Shown here one piece after another: positions 40,588 to 63,300 of a stretch of DNA of 64,000 nucleotides. Source of the stretch: Yuukianura sp. NJ FZ-2021 (taxonomy: Eukaryota). The stretch lies in contig CM102284.1 in the NCBI GenBank assembly GCA_046563655.1, positions 3,410,001 through 3,474,000 on the forward strand, given 5' to 3'. The notes beneath the pieces are model-generated. The model searched no databases. It saw only the letters and a list, made by a program, of their open reading frames with translations, and was not told the origin of the DNA. The number at the start of each line of letters is the position of its first letter. The first letter of the stretch is position 1. The position numbers were made by a program, and so were the translations under genes.

Positions 40588-41802
40588 TTTGAAATTGTAG
40601 TAAGACAGCTCCAAAAAATAGCTTTAAAAAATCATATTGAAAAAGCTAAGATGTCATTTTTGTTTTCAACGTAACTCCTGTGTTTACCAAGTACTCGGTG
40701 AACTAGTAGTGACACATTTTAAGAAAATTGCAAAAAATACTTCTAAATCTTTTTTGAAACGTTCATTTCAGTTAGTTTTTGTTTTGTTTGGTTTTATTGA
40801 ATTATGAAATGTATTTTACACTGTTGATCCTGGAAATTTTTCAATCTAATTTCTCTAGTTTTCACTATGCCAGAAGTGCTATCCTGTAGCCTTGCTTTCA
40901 TGGAAATTATTGTTATTGAAAGGTGCCATTTCTATTAAATTTTGAATTAAAGCAAACATTGCTTGCAACATAGTTTCTTAGAATTGAATTTCGATATGGT
41001 ACATAGGTTTGATGAACAAAGAAAACTTAAGAAAGAAGTAGAGAAACTTCATGGCTTACTTTGGACTATAGTCAACGATTTCGTTCCATTACTGCGATCA
41101 TTTTTACATGCCACTTCAAACATGTCGAAACGGTATTTTGGATTTCTACCATTGCAGAGAGGAATATCATGGGTTGTGTCACCACCGCGCAAGTCAAGGA
41201 ATTTACCGTCAAATTGAACGGAAACGCCTTCCAGTCACACCTTGGCCTCGTATTCCCTAATTCATAATTGATTTGGCCAATGGTAATACATGGATGTTCT
41301 ACTTAACTCGATTACGCTCCCGCTCCATGTCATTAAATATTAATCAGAAGAACCTGTGTCAATCTCTGAGCATTACCACAATTTGGAGTGACTGCAACAA
41401 TTAAGCAATTAACGTTGAACCATTATGGAAGGATCTGAACATTAGTCAAAATCTCATCTACAGCAGGGACCATTTCTCTAGTTAGTCAGCATCTTTGCAC
41501 CAAACTAATTAACACATGTAGACAAGCGTCTTTGAAACCTACGGTAAAAATTCATGTTCATCTGGAATTTGGAACATTTGCAACACTTCCCATTGGAACA
41601 CTTTTGTTTGAAATTCGCTATATCCACATTGGCCCTCGTTATCCTCACCACTGCACTTGTAACCTCATTAACCAAAATGTATTCCGAAGTGGTATTCGCA
41701 AGTTTTGACTTGGAAATGAGTTGTTCTTAACTGGAGCATCATGTCCTGGGCCGATTATGAAGAAGTATTCTGCTATCACTGCAAAACTACCACAAGCAAG
41801 CC

Positions 41803-43756
41803 ATGAGTCTTTTGCGCAGAATAAATAGCCGCGTATTACTCAAACCTCCGTTTGTAGCTCTAGGTCTCTGTACATTTTTATACCTCATTCTTGTGTTCAG
41901 AATTCCTTGGACAGATAACAATGTAGCACTAACGTTTACACCTTTGTACTGGGAGCAACGTATTGCAAGTTCAAAAGACGAAAACAAGCAACTTGATCAA
42001 ATCCTAGCGAAAAGTAGCCTCTGGAGACCCACTGACGAGTTCGTCGGCAACTGGAGTATCCGCTATGACGACAGAATTTTGCAGCAAATTCTGTGGGCCA
42101 ACAATGCACGACCCACTAAGGTAGGCGCACGCGCAAGCAGTTGACATGCTTCCATCCTTCCAGAAGTACCGTTGTCTATGTTTTAAATACTTTTTTTTTT
42201 TTAGAAAAAAGTGATAGCACTTCCGGATGGATTCGCGTGGTGGTGGTATACGAAGAAATCTCTTGCCGCACATCTCGAAAAGAATTGTCCGAATTTGGCA
42301 AATTTTTGCGAGTTTAAGGAAATTAGTTCTCACGCGTCAGAGGAGGCCTTCAAGAATGTGGATGCCGTTCTGACTAACTTTGCAAGCAGTAGTTTCCGCA
42401 AGGGTAACTACGTCAGAGCGGTTTACATTTTGGAGTCCAGTTTCCATGCCTCTGCTCATCTAGAAGGAACAGATCTATTATGCAGTTACTGGAGTGGATC
42501 CGACATCCCGACGCCTTATGGGAAATGGGTGTACTATGACCCCTCGATAACATCCAAAAAACAAGGTCACTGAAAAAACGGGTGAAAACCGTTATCAAAT
42601 AAGTAGCGAAAGATGCATTGATTTTGACATAGTGAAAAACGCGAAAAACCGTAGTTACTGCGTTTTATGAAACCACAGTCGAACTTCGACCCGGGCATAG
42701 GTTGCCTAAGGTACATATTACATAACATAATCAAAAGTTATTCGTCTCGATGAGACTAACAACTTTTATAGGAGGTCGTTTTCCATGCTGTTGTCGATGG
42801 AAAAACGTTGTCCTTGACCTTTCATCTGAAAAAATAATATCACCTATTGGAATAATATTCAGTTGTGAACATACACGAGTTGGAGACTGAAAAAAAAATC
42901 CCGGTATAAATATTGAACAGTTTCCTAGATAATTGGTGGCAACGGTCGGACGGTCAGACAGACAGAGAGTGACGAGACGATGCATGAAGTAGCTTTCCCT
43001 ACTCATAAGTAAAGAAACAGGAAATAACGTTTAGTTGTTTACATCTTAGGGCGAAATTATGCACTCGGGAAAACAAAAACAGCAGCCATCTTTACTTCTA
43101 ATTGCGACACACCTAACAACCGACTTGGCTTCGTCGAAACTTTGAAAACAAATGGACTGGCTGTAGATGTTTACGGAGCTTGCGGTACGCTTACTTGTTC
43201 AAAGCATGATGCCGACTCTTGTTTTGAAAAACTGAAAAAGGAGTACAAGTTTTACTTGTCGTTTGAAAATTCTAACTGTAGAGACTACATCTCCGAAAAG
43301 TTGTTTCAAAACGCTTTCAAGTGAGTTCGCTTTCTCCAACTCCAGCTTCATTACTCTTCGAGAAAATCTTGAAATGAATATGAAATTTCTAGAAACGATG
43401 TTGTTCCTGTGGTGTTGGGAGGGAGTTTGGATGACTACGCGTCCATAGCACCGATGAATTCCTTCATTCACATTGACTCCTTCCCTACGGTAGCGGCACT
43501 TGTGAAGCATATTAATTTTCTTGCAGTCAACGATGCCGAGTACAACGCTTACTTTGAGTGGAAAGGCACTGGAGAGTTCATTGATTTGCAGTTCTTCTGC
43601 AGATTTTGTGGCATGATGCATTACGCAGACGTCGTTCCCATTCCAGTACGCAACCAAAGTCTAGAATTCGGTGCGAATAATAACGAAGGCAAAAAACTTC
43701 ACATGAGACCATGCCTACCCCCAGGTCATGTGCACTGGACAAATCCCACAGAGTAA
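41803..43756 (+). CDS. GT10 alpha-1,3-fucosyltransferase (FucTA-like), 4 exons
   Basis: Type II membrane N-terminus; YILES; VDVYGACG; motif KFYLSFENSNCRDYISEKLF; VVLGGS..DY...APMNSFIHIDSF; YNAYFEWK. Confidence 0.88.
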
Positions 43757-44006
43757 TCTTTAGAATAGTGGAATACAAAACGTTGCGTAGAGTATGAAAT
43801 TTTACAATAGTATGCCATATATTAAACAACATTCGTACTACAATAATTAACTTTTGCAATTTTTACAATAATAAAATAATAATAATAATTACATACTTCA
43901 ACTCGAATAAAACTGGTAAACCGAAATGTTAATAATAAGTACAAAAGATGAACGCAAACCACACTACCTAGTCCCATAGTTCACCGTGGAGAACCGCACC
44001 GTATTA

Positions 44007-44728
44007 CCGTATTTTCTCGCCTATAAGCCGCTCTCGCGTATAAGCCGCAGTCTCAAAACCGTAAATGCATGTGAGAGCAGGAAAAACAGGGGTATTAAAC
44101 AAAAAGATTTATGCTCATCAGCGCTTTAAATTTTGTTTTTAAAATGCAACCAAGGAGTTCCATAATTTCTACTCGTTTTTCAATTTAAAACTTTAATTTT
44201 AAATTACTTTTAATTTTCAATTTAAAATGTAATTTTTAAATTTTAACAGTTTAAACCGAAGAACCTCGGCATTTTTCAAAAAACCGAAAACAGAAGAGAA
44301 GGTTCTCATTTAGGCAAAACTCCGGTTTAAGCTATAGGAAAAAGTCCATTTTACTTCATTTTATTTCATGCTATTGGTCAAGGTCGGCTTCTTTATGTGC
44401 CGGAAAGTTTCATTTAGTCTTAAATAAATTTAAATTCAATTAAATGAATTAAATATATTTGAAAAGACTTAAACAAAGTTAAATTCATCTTAAACCTTTC
44501 ATCTTCTGCGTTCATTTAAGGTTTATTTATGTCGGGTGATCTGCTCGACGAATCTAATGAGCGAGCAATAGATTAATGTTTAGTTTAGTCTTAGAAAGGG
44601 CCTCAAAACATAGTTTTATGCATTATTAACAATGGTTTTTGACGAATTTCGGGGGAAAAAATTTCTCCTCATTCCAAATTTTCTGAAAATTCACAGATAA
44701 TCCGCGGCTTATCTGCGAGAAAATACGG
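44007..44728. mobile_element. pogo/Tc2-like non-autonomous element, TA TSD
   Basis: TA|CCGTATTTTCTCGCCTATAAGCCGC ... GCGGCTTATCTGCGAGAAAATACGG|TA; repeated TATAAGCCGC at the left end; AT-rich non-coding interior. Confidence 0.85.
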
Positions 44729-44898
44729 TACTACAGAAACCATGGAGAAACTTAATTGCGGAAGGCAAAAGGGAACACAAACAAACAGACAGACAATTTT
44801 AATACATAAAGTAGCTTTCGCTACCTTCAGTTTGCTTTCAGTATTTAAATGCGGTATAGCATCTATAATAAACTTACACACAAAATGCTTTTGAGTTC

Positions 44899-45069
44899 CA
44901 GTGTTACTGGGTAGTGGACACCCACTTTTTTGGCGTTTCGTCCAATGAAGATCCAGTGAATATTTCATCCGGTTTTATCCCGAGGAAATGGCTGGACGAA
45001 ATGGATATTTCCGGATACTTCAACCTGATATGAGGTAGGAAGAAATATTTTATATATCCAACAGCACTG
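44899..45069. mobile_element. Degenerate hAT-like MITE, probably related to 55387-55584
   Basis: CAGTGTTACTGG ... CCAACAGCACTG; shares GGACGAAAT, TTCCGGATA and ATCC motifs; TSD only 5/8. Confidence 0.45.
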
Positions 45070-46188
45070 CTCAGTACTCAAAAGAACTATTCACGCCAGC
45101 AAACTGAAAAATTGAGTGCTAAACTTTAAACAGGAATTGATAATTTTGTGGAAATGAGCCAACAACTTTTTTTATTGACAGTTTTAAACAATTTTTTATT
45201 TCATTTCAATTTTCGATTTCTAAAACAGGAGTCCCTCGGCCAAATGTAATTCATTGCTGAATTTAAAATCACAAAAGAGAATTTTTTGCTAATTAGACGT
45301 CATCATAATTTTTAATTGATTGCCGAAAGTGCATTGCAATGCAATAATATGCCAAATCAAAGCCAATACCAGAATCCAGACCGACCATGTCGTAGACAAA
45401 AGTCAAGGAATGTCAATCAAACCTAACGTAGTGTAGATAATTATACTTATTTGATCAAACTAGCTATAATATTCGATGATTCAATAATAATAATTATCAT
45501 TATATTATTAACGCTCAAAGTCTAGCATTCCGACCCCGACAGCAACAATTATTGTTCTCACCTACGTTGGTTAAGCTTACAACATTTCTTGAACGCCATT
45601 AACCACCAATGTTATCATCATTTCTAAATGAAAAAGTCATTAACTTATTGCAAGTTTAATGGTTTTAACTAACTGCAACAGGGACATGCCCAATCTAATA
45701 ATTGTAACTTTGTGCCACACTAAACTTTGAGCACACCGGAAATCATTTTCACAGAATTCTCGAATGTGAGTTAATCTACGAAGGAAAAGGCAAATTGCTC
45801 TAAAAGCTACTTTTTTGATTAATAATACAGGGTTTAAAGGGAGATAAATTCAATCTGTATCAATGGACAAGATATTTACACATCGCAAACGAAAAATAAA
45901 ATAAAAAATACTTAATTTCTTTCAATGTGATGCCATTCAGTTTAGAGTTATAGAACCTTTCGACAGAATCAACTAAATCTAAGACGATAGTTGACCTGAA
46001 GATTGGCGAGGGAATGCCATTTATCTGTTAACAGCATCATCGCACCAAGTTTCTTTTTTATGTTGTCCTCGCATTGATATTTTTAAGCATTAAGGAGATG
46101 TTTGCTTAAATCAAGTTAAACGGAATATGTCATTCAACTAACTTTGGTAATTTGGGAAAGAATTACTTAACTTTGGAGTCTTAATGAC

Positions 46189-47477
46189 TTAACAGAGTTC
46201 TCCAGCAGAGAGAGTCTTCTTGATGCGAAGCAGAAGTGTTGTGTACCAATTTTCCAACCGACTCACCGAATCGTAATCTTGCACCGCTGAAGTAAATGAC
46301 TCAACGTCTTCATGCTCGACATATTCCGTAATACTCTACAAAAAAAAATTCAGTATAAAATAAAAATAAATTACATCCAATTTATTCTAGAGGTTTGTAT
46401 AGAATTCATCATTGTGAAAAGGGGCTGAAATTTTACCTTAAGGAATTTATGCTCTCGGGAATCCTGGAATGCTGGATACATATCTGCGTAACGATCCAAC
46501 GCTTGCTGAGCATTTAGAACGTCGACACATAGGTGACAGAGACCAGCCCGGAAAAAGTATTCCTTGGCGCTGTACTTTAGCAGATTACTCTCCAGTGATG
46601 TTGCGGCAACCTAAATAATGGAATGTTTCCAATTATCCAATTAATAAAGTTGAACTGATTGGCCTACACCAAAAACCCAGTAAGGAGTAAGGAACAGTTA
46701 TAAGAGAATAACGACGGAGGACTCATGTGGAAGAAAATAGTGAAGTTGAAGTACTGACCTCCTCGTAAATTTTGATCGCTTTCACATAGTCTTCCATTTG
46801 TGCTGCATGTTGTGCCACCTTAAGCTGACATTTATTTGCAGCGGCCTTCGATTCTTCTCCCTTGAAGTAATCGGCAGCTTGTTCGTAATGATGAATAGCT
46901 TTATCCAAGTCCTCTCCAGTCCCTTCGTAGATTTCAGCTATGGTTTGCTCATGTTTCGCTGCCAGACCAAATCTGCCCATTTCCAGGTACTGTCCAATTG
47001 CCCGTTCCAAGCATGCTACAGCCTCTGTAAGAATTCATGAACCAGAAGACCATTGTTAGATATTTCGTACCGCTGCTGTTTAAATGAAACAACAAAATCT
47101 ATAAATCTAAAAAGAACCTTTTGTATCTGTCTTCTTGTAGCAATTGGCAGCTTCCACGAGATACGTTGCAGTATCATGACGGCTCCCGGCTTTTAGATGA
47201 AGATCCGCTGCTTTTACGAAAGCTTCTCCAGCATTCCCATACTTCTTTGCCATTTTGAACATATTGGCTGCATTGATATAAAGGGCAATTGCTTCATCTG
47301 TCTTGCTTCCACTACTCCTGTAAATTAAAAAGAAACAACGTAAGTTTTCATGAAAACGAGAAACAATTTTAGCAAAACAATTTACCCAAATATTCCAGCC
47401 AAAAGCCCCTTTGAGCTGGTCAGTTTCTTTTCAGCTTCCAGCATAAGTTCCTTCCCTCTTACTTCTGGGTCACTCAT
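46189..47477 (-). CDS. NAPA: Alpha-soluble NSF attachment protein, multi-exon
   Basis: [94 protein letters not shown]. Confidence 0.95.
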
Positions 47478-48118
47478 TCTGTCTTGTTAATTTTTATGTG
47501 AATGTCAACCTTGATACCCTAAAATACCTCAACTAATTTAGTGATCGTTTGAAATGGCTATCAATTATAATAACTATGTACTGCTAAAGTTTTGTTACCA
47601 ACCAACTGATGATGACGAATCTTGCGAATGACGTTCGTGTTTACTAACTTGCTCTTCTCGGGTGGGTAGCCTACAAGCTTTGGTGGTGAACTGAAATACA
47701 TATGAGAAAATCAATGAAGTTTTCCGAAGGGAAGGATAGCAGCAGTGGGAGAAGGGTAATCGAATGCAGAAAAAAAAATTTTTACAATGCGCACAGCACG
47801 CACAGCTGTGAACGAATATTAGCTCGGATAAGGCGGAACACCTTACCGAGCCCGAAGTATGAAATAAATTTCCGAAGTCGGTCGTCCAAACGTTTTGAGC
47901 CAAACGAATCGATTTATAAATGTATTTTAGAGATAGAAATTACACAAGGCACGATAATAAACCTGTTCATGCCTTATTCAGGTTCGCTTTTAAAGTTTAA
48001 AAGAATTTTGAGAAAGAAATACATTAGGGAATTAAATTACGTAATCCTAATTAATCTAACTTAAGTTTGTAGTAGTAGTAGTACTAAGCGTTTGGTATAG
48101 AAAAGGAGCCTTTAGGGC

Positions 48119-49487
48119 TTAATAAAATAGACCACGCATACGACGTGTAGCGCTGTGCTTCTCGTGGAGGAGATTGAAACGCAGAATGTACTGGTGAGCC
48201 TCTTCACAGCCTTTCGTGATCATCCCAAGATAAGTTATGAGATTAACGTCATTGCATTGCTAGATTAAGAACCAAAGTAATATTTTCATTAATACAATTC
48301 TGCCACTGCTACCAGGGAATTCGATGTACAATTGGAAACTTACCTCGAAAAATTCGGTTTGGAATCTCTGAGGTTTCATAACTGGAAGACGACGACAAAG
48401 GGAGTAGGCTAGGCGAAGGGCGTCTTCACTTACAGGCGCTTCCCCTTTTTCAACTGCCTTCACGTAATCGAGAATAAGTTTGACCCGGCTCTGCAGCATT
48501 TTAATGGCTGAGTGTTGAGACTGCAAATGCTCCGCCACTACAAAGCAACAAAGAGTTAAATTGAATTTTAATCTTGCTAGAAAGGTCAATGTCAATTCTG
48601 AAGGTGATCGATAAAATCAAAATTAACGAACCGAGAGAAGTCTCCATGTTATCCGACGATTGAACACGCGCAACATGGTCTACCCCAATGCGTTCCGCCT
48701 CCTCAGTTGCCAATGTATATGGTAGCTGGACGAAAAGCATTGTAGTAACCCCGTGAAGGATGTCGATGACCGACTCAAAAATAGATACTGGGAGCTAAAC
48801 CATAAAGTATTCCGATTAAATTTGTGTTTGGATGACTTTAGTTCTTACTTTTCTTAAGCTTAGTTTAGTATCTGCTTACTTCGGCATTGCGAACCAACGG
48901 ATTCAACTTGAGCAAAATCGGACTTTCATTTATTTCACAAATTTGACGCTGAATATGAATGTCCATGGGTGTGGGCATGTCCCCGGTTGTGTACCAACCC
49001 AGGAAATCCATGTCTTGAAAAACCTGCTTGACTAAATTAATCAAAAGTCCAAGTGTAAAACACTATTTTAATTAAAAATGGGAGTTACATTCTAGGTTAC
49101 AAGATGTTCACTCACATTGTTCTTCTTTTGTCTTATAATAGTCCTTATCGATCACTGTTAAACCTTCTATTTCAGAAAATACCAGCTCAAATGAATTCAT
49201 TATCTCCAGATGTCGTCCTTTATGCTGTCCAATAAGGGCACCAATCACTACGAACAGAATAACAAACATTACAAAATTGACCCAATCATTGACTTCGGAG
49301 TTCCGAATTGTAATTCGCTGGGAATACCTTTCAGTCTCCCTTCTTGTGCTCGTACGCGTGTCCAGTGCTCCGAAATATTAAGAATAACTAACGGATGGAG
49401 TGATACTGTTACACTACCGGCAGTACCGGAAGCCATTACGCTTGGCGTGGCCATTCCATTGTACTCTGCTGCAGCATCGATCTCCAT
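48119..49487 (-). CDS. COPS6: COP9 signalosome subunit 6, multi-exon
   Basis: [87 protein letters not shown]. Confidence 0.96.
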
Positions 49488-50081
49488 GTTATTATCTAGA
49501 TCCAGTCGTTTGATACCGCCTTGGTTTAGATGTTTCTACAAATTCGTCCACAATACGTACACGGTGACGGTGATTTGGTTAGGAAACCCTTACTTTTGTA
49601 GAAACTTAAAGCGACAATAACACTGATAGATGACGTCGAATCGCACGCTGGACGAGTACCACTGAACAATGGATAGTTTACTGAATACAAATTTCTTTTC
49701 AAACTGCTCTCTCTGGTTCTAAAATTCTGTTTTAAAATCGTCTAAAAAAACCCTTCAGCCTTCAAGCACAACAGACGTTATGCCGGAATTAAAAAAAAAA
49801 CATGAGAAAAGTGTGAAAGAAAATTAAAATCTGAAGGGGCGACTAATTCTCTGACATAAAGTGAAAATTGACAAGGTTAGATTACGCATGAGGAGCTACT
49901 CTTGTAACCATCCTCTCTTAATGCTTATTTTAGGTTATTGGGTTGTTAAACGCTCCTTTACGATTTCCAGGTAGAAGAGAAAATACGCAAGGGAAACAAC
50001 AATAACGTTTCAAACGCTTTCCCGCAGTTTTTGATTAAATTTATATCAATTATAATTATAATTATTTTCAAAACATAAGTT

Positions 50082-58783
<8,702 letters not shown>

Positions 58784-59160
58784 GACCATGTTGTTTCTAG
58801 GTTTGATTTTTAGCGATAATTTCACAAATTAAAATTCAGAAACCAAAATTGCTGCTGGAATTCTTAAACCTGAGACCCTGTTGGGAACTTCACAAAAGAC
58901 GAAATGGAAAGAGGAGAACGCAAGACGTGGCTTTTATTGGAATTGAACCTTGTGCAAAAATTTAGCCATGTCCACGACAAGTTCCAAAGTCTGCGTCATG
59001 CGGCTCGGCGCATAGTCGCTGGTCAAATTAGTAGATAAAAAAGGCCACCGATCTTTCCATGTCTGTCCTAATACAGCAAGAAATGTAATTCCAGCGTCTA
59101 ATGCTATTGTTTTACGTCAAAGCCTTACGTCTTACGTCAAAGCAAAAAAACTTAAGGCCC

Positions 59161-59270
59161 TTAACTTAACTTTTTTAAGCACAGGTTTTCATGAATTCAT
59201 CTGATGTCTAAAGATGTAAGTTAAGTTAATCGAGTCCTCACGCACCCTACGGGGGTGCGGATACCTCTAG
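59161..59270 (+). mobile_element. Possible miniature Helitron/Helentron-type element
   Basis: 12-bp inverted repeats TTAACTTAACTT / AAGTTAAGTTAA, then GC hairpin CGCACCC-TACGG-GGGTGCG, then CTAG. Confidence 0.4.
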
Positions 59271-60311
59271 GATTTTGTGTGCAACCAGATAAGTATCAGA
59301 AACGCTAAGGAACCAATTTTCTAAGGAGGGAACATTCATTGCCGTTAATCCTTAACGACATATGCTTTCGATTTGATGGTTACATGGTTACCACAAATTG
59401 TTGGCGGTGATCCCAGGATCGTCCCGGTGGTACCCTGTGTGGTTACAATAAGTGCAGCTCATCCTTAGCTTAAACAAGAATAACAAAAAAATGTACATTC
59501 TCAATTTTCAAACCCTCAGCTGTTATCTGTCAACATGAAGTGCGGGAATCATCTCTTGTTTTTAGGATTTGAATTTAGAAAAATTTTGAAATTTTTGGAA
59601 AAATTTTTAGAAAAATTGAATTAGAAAATGGGAGGTTTTTCAATTTTAGTTCGAATTCGAAAGGAAAACTTGAATGATAAAGTGAAAGTGAATTTGAGAA
59701 TGGGGTGTTAGTGAGAATGGGGAGTTAAGTTAATCTATTAATTAATCCTTTCGCCTGTAAGTATCGGTAGCGGTACAAACAATTATTCACGTAAAACTAT
59801 TTTTCATTTCTGTGCCACGTTTAGTAGAATCCAACCAAAACTTCAATTAGTAATTTTAATTCTTGCGATTAGTGATTTAACGAAGGTAACTGAGAATCAG
59901 TTTTCCGTACGGCAGGAGCACGAGATCCGCCTTGTAAGTTTTGTTCTGGATCTGAATTAAACGCTGATTTGCTCATGCTTGTCAGCCTTGCTCTTAACGC
60001 TTGATGGTAATTTCAATGAACGGCATTACAGTAATGAATACTAATCAAAAAACTGTCTACATTACAGGTCAAACCGAAACAAAGTTTTAAAGTGACCGGA
60101 CCGAACGTCGACGCGTTTCTGTGAACTTCAAGCTCTTCTTATTTTTCTCAGCCCAGAGAATAAAGAAATATCTTCCTCCAACGTTTCTCTTCACGTCACC
60201 GTCGATCAGTAAAAACACGGAATGAACAAACAATTGATCCTTCTCCTTGTGATAAATTCTGGCCCATAATTGCGCATGTGGTGCTTGACTGTAACGGCTA
60301 GTTGAGCAAAA

Positions 60312-63300
60312 ATGGCCGCGACGAATACTTTCCCCATTGGGCATGACGTCGATCTACCAGGAGGAATCCCGGGTCTTCTCCAAGGCAGTCCGGAACCAGC
60401 AACTCCAAGTTCAGCTGTTTCAGACTCTTCGGATACCGAAATTCTGAGTCCATTGAGTCTTGCAAAAACTGGACGCAAGTTTTGGAATGAATCTTCGTCG
60501 TGGATCGTTTCACGTCTAGTTTATCAAAATGCTTCTTCAAGTTCTGCAAATTCTTCTCTTGATCCACACGGATACGGATCCACAAGTGATATCGTCAATA
60601 AAGGTGAGTGAACAATTTGCTATGCTTGTAATAGAATTCGCGTTAATTCATGAAAGGCTGTGCTGCTGGTTACATCCTCAATTTCAAATTGTCAAAAAAA
60701 GTAGCACGCACGCTGCATTCTTTATTGAATTCATATATCCAACGGGAACAATTAAATTTAATTCTAAAGCGGAAATGCTTCCATGCAAAGTCATGAACAT
60801 TCAATGACAATGAAATCTGCGCAGCGCTGTTGCTTGGAATTAAAAAAAAATTCAAAGCCCTTGGAAGTCATTTGGATGATGGGACTTTGGGATTGGAGTT
60901 TGAACGCGCCTGACGCTAATATGCTGAGCAAAGTTCGTCCTGATCCTGCTCCCAGTTATTGATCGCAAACACCCTATGATTCAACCACATCTAACACGTT
61001 TACCGAATATTGAAAACACTGTCGTTATTAGTAGAGTTTGATATAGCAAGAACAACTTTGTTCAACAAATTCTTAGAAGCCAAATATTGGATACTTCGTT
61101 CTCTGTTTATTACTATTAAGATTTTAACACAAGAAGTTTCGTAATGCTGAAAGACAAAGATCAGCAATTTATGGAAGCATCGGTCCGACAATCAAAATCC
61201 GCCTGTGCACAGGACACAATTTACCTGTGCAATTTTAGAGTCTCGGTTGACGGCGACTGGCTTTGCTTACGGCAGTTGGATGACGTGGAAGTGCCGATGC
61301 AGCGATCAGTTTTTGAAGCGTTGTTGCCTTCTCCAGTGTTTCTTCCATTTTATGGTCATTGCCGTAAATGCACTTTCTAATGTAGCCTCCACTGGAGTTA
61401 GAAATTTAATTGATGAGGGATTATGTACTTATAGTAAATTTCGATTGTAGAATCTTGGTTACATTTTAGATCGTGATCCTGCAGCAGTTGAACGCAGTAA
61501 TTTACTAAACATAACAAAGTTAGTAATCAAAGAGTTAATTGATTGGTCAATTGGACATGGACATCCGAGAACCTTGGAAGCAGATCATCCTCCACTCCAG
61601 CACTTTTTTATTGTCCTGGAACACGCTATGCGACATGGCCTCAAACCGAAGAAGGTAGTTCTAGTGACAATTTTGGCAACCTAAATTTTGTTAAACAGAA
61701 CAAAAAATTTTGAAAAAAAAAATACAAAACTTTGCAGGGTTTGCTGGGACCAAAGAAAGAGCTTTGGGATGTTCTTCAAGTCGTGGAAAAGCTGACAAAT
61801 GAAGCTACGGATATCACATCGTCTATCAGAGACTTACCGACTGTTAGGTATGGAATCTGCGAATTTGTTAGTTGAAATGGATGAAATGGTAATTTTGCAA
61901 TTGCTTTTCATTTTAGTACAATTGTTTTTCATTTTAGTACGCACATAGGACGCGCACGAGCATGGTTGCGCTTGGCGCTGATGCAGAAGAAGCTAGCGGA
62001 TTACTTCAAGATTCTGGTTGACAATCGAGACATTGTGCTCAAAGAATTCTATGAGCCAGTTGCACTCATGATGTCAGATGATGCCATCATTCTTTCCGGA
62101 ATTTTGCTTGGACTCAACGTCATTGACTGCAATTTCTGTTTGAAGGTAAGCCCGATTTCAATTTGGAGTTACGTAATCGAACTTCTTCGCAATATTTTCT
62201 TCTTCTTCTTGTTACGCCATGTTTTTTTTCGAGTTTTCTACTTTTCTGGAATTTTTACAGGAAGAGGAGCTTGATAGCCAGCAGGGCGTCATTGATTTTT
62301 CACTCTACTTGCGCTCTTCCCATTCCAATGACTCTATCGACGAAGAAAATGAGCAAAGTCAAATGGACACTGTTCTAGACCAGAAAAACTACATTGAAGA
62401 GCTGAATCGACACTTGAAGTATTCATTCAACTTTATGCAATTTTACACAGCGTTTGCATGATATTTCACTAATACACTTTTTCCGGAATAATGCAGTGCC
62501 ACTTGTACAAATTTGCAAACGCGGGTGGAGACTCTTGCTACAACGAATGCACTGATGAAGGAAGATCTGGCAATTTCCAAAAATTGCATCCTGTCTCTTC
62601 AAGAGGAGAATCGAATCCTCAAACTTCGTTTGGACCAATACGTTGGAGCGGGTGAACCGGAGTCTGTAATTCAGAAGGAAGTCAAAGAAAGTGTCACAAA
62701 GGAATCAGTCAACTCCCTCTCCAGTTCACCGCTACCACAAACAGAGCAGATTGGGGAATCAAAAGATGGTGGCTACTCTGATTCGTCGTCTGTCAGTCTT
62801 TCTGTTACGGATTTGAGCAAGAAGTTACACGAAGAACGAACTTTAAGATCTGAGATGGAGAAAGAAATCAGCATACACGTAAGATTCCTTGTAGTTATTC
62901 AGCACAATATTGGTCTTACTTGTTTCTTGTACATCAGATGTCACAAAAGGCAGAGATGGAGGCGGCAATGTCACTTTTGGAAAAAGACATTCATGAGAAG
63001 CAGGACACAATCGTCTCACTTCGACGGCAACTGGATGAAATCAAGGGCATCAATCTCGAAATGTATAAAAAGTTACAGGTACTGCTAAAAATCTTACTGA
63101 ATATTGTAAAATTCTGAGTTTTTGACCAAAATAATTTCTTCCTTGGATGCTATAATTATTGACACGTTAAGGAATGTGAGGAAGAACTCCATGATAAGAT
63201 GAAAGCGATTGAGCGACTCCAAAGGAAAACTGTGCAAATCGCTTCTCTTCTTCAGAATTTGGAAGCTGCGAAGGCTTTCGAACTAACGTCTCCTATTGGT

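Noticed and set aside
40963-41800. Short ORFs between the GR array and the fucosyltransferase
   Set aside because: Fragmented and with no recognisable family; could be a decayed gene but cannot be supported without a search
44669-44968. 99-aa minus-strand ORF
   Set aside because: Spans the junctions of several repeat fragments; no protein-family signal
49490-50081. Possible hidden thioesterase exon downstream of the FAS ACP
   Set aside because: Only ~600 bp, AT-rich, must also hold the COPS6 promoter; no suitable ORF or GxSxG motif seen
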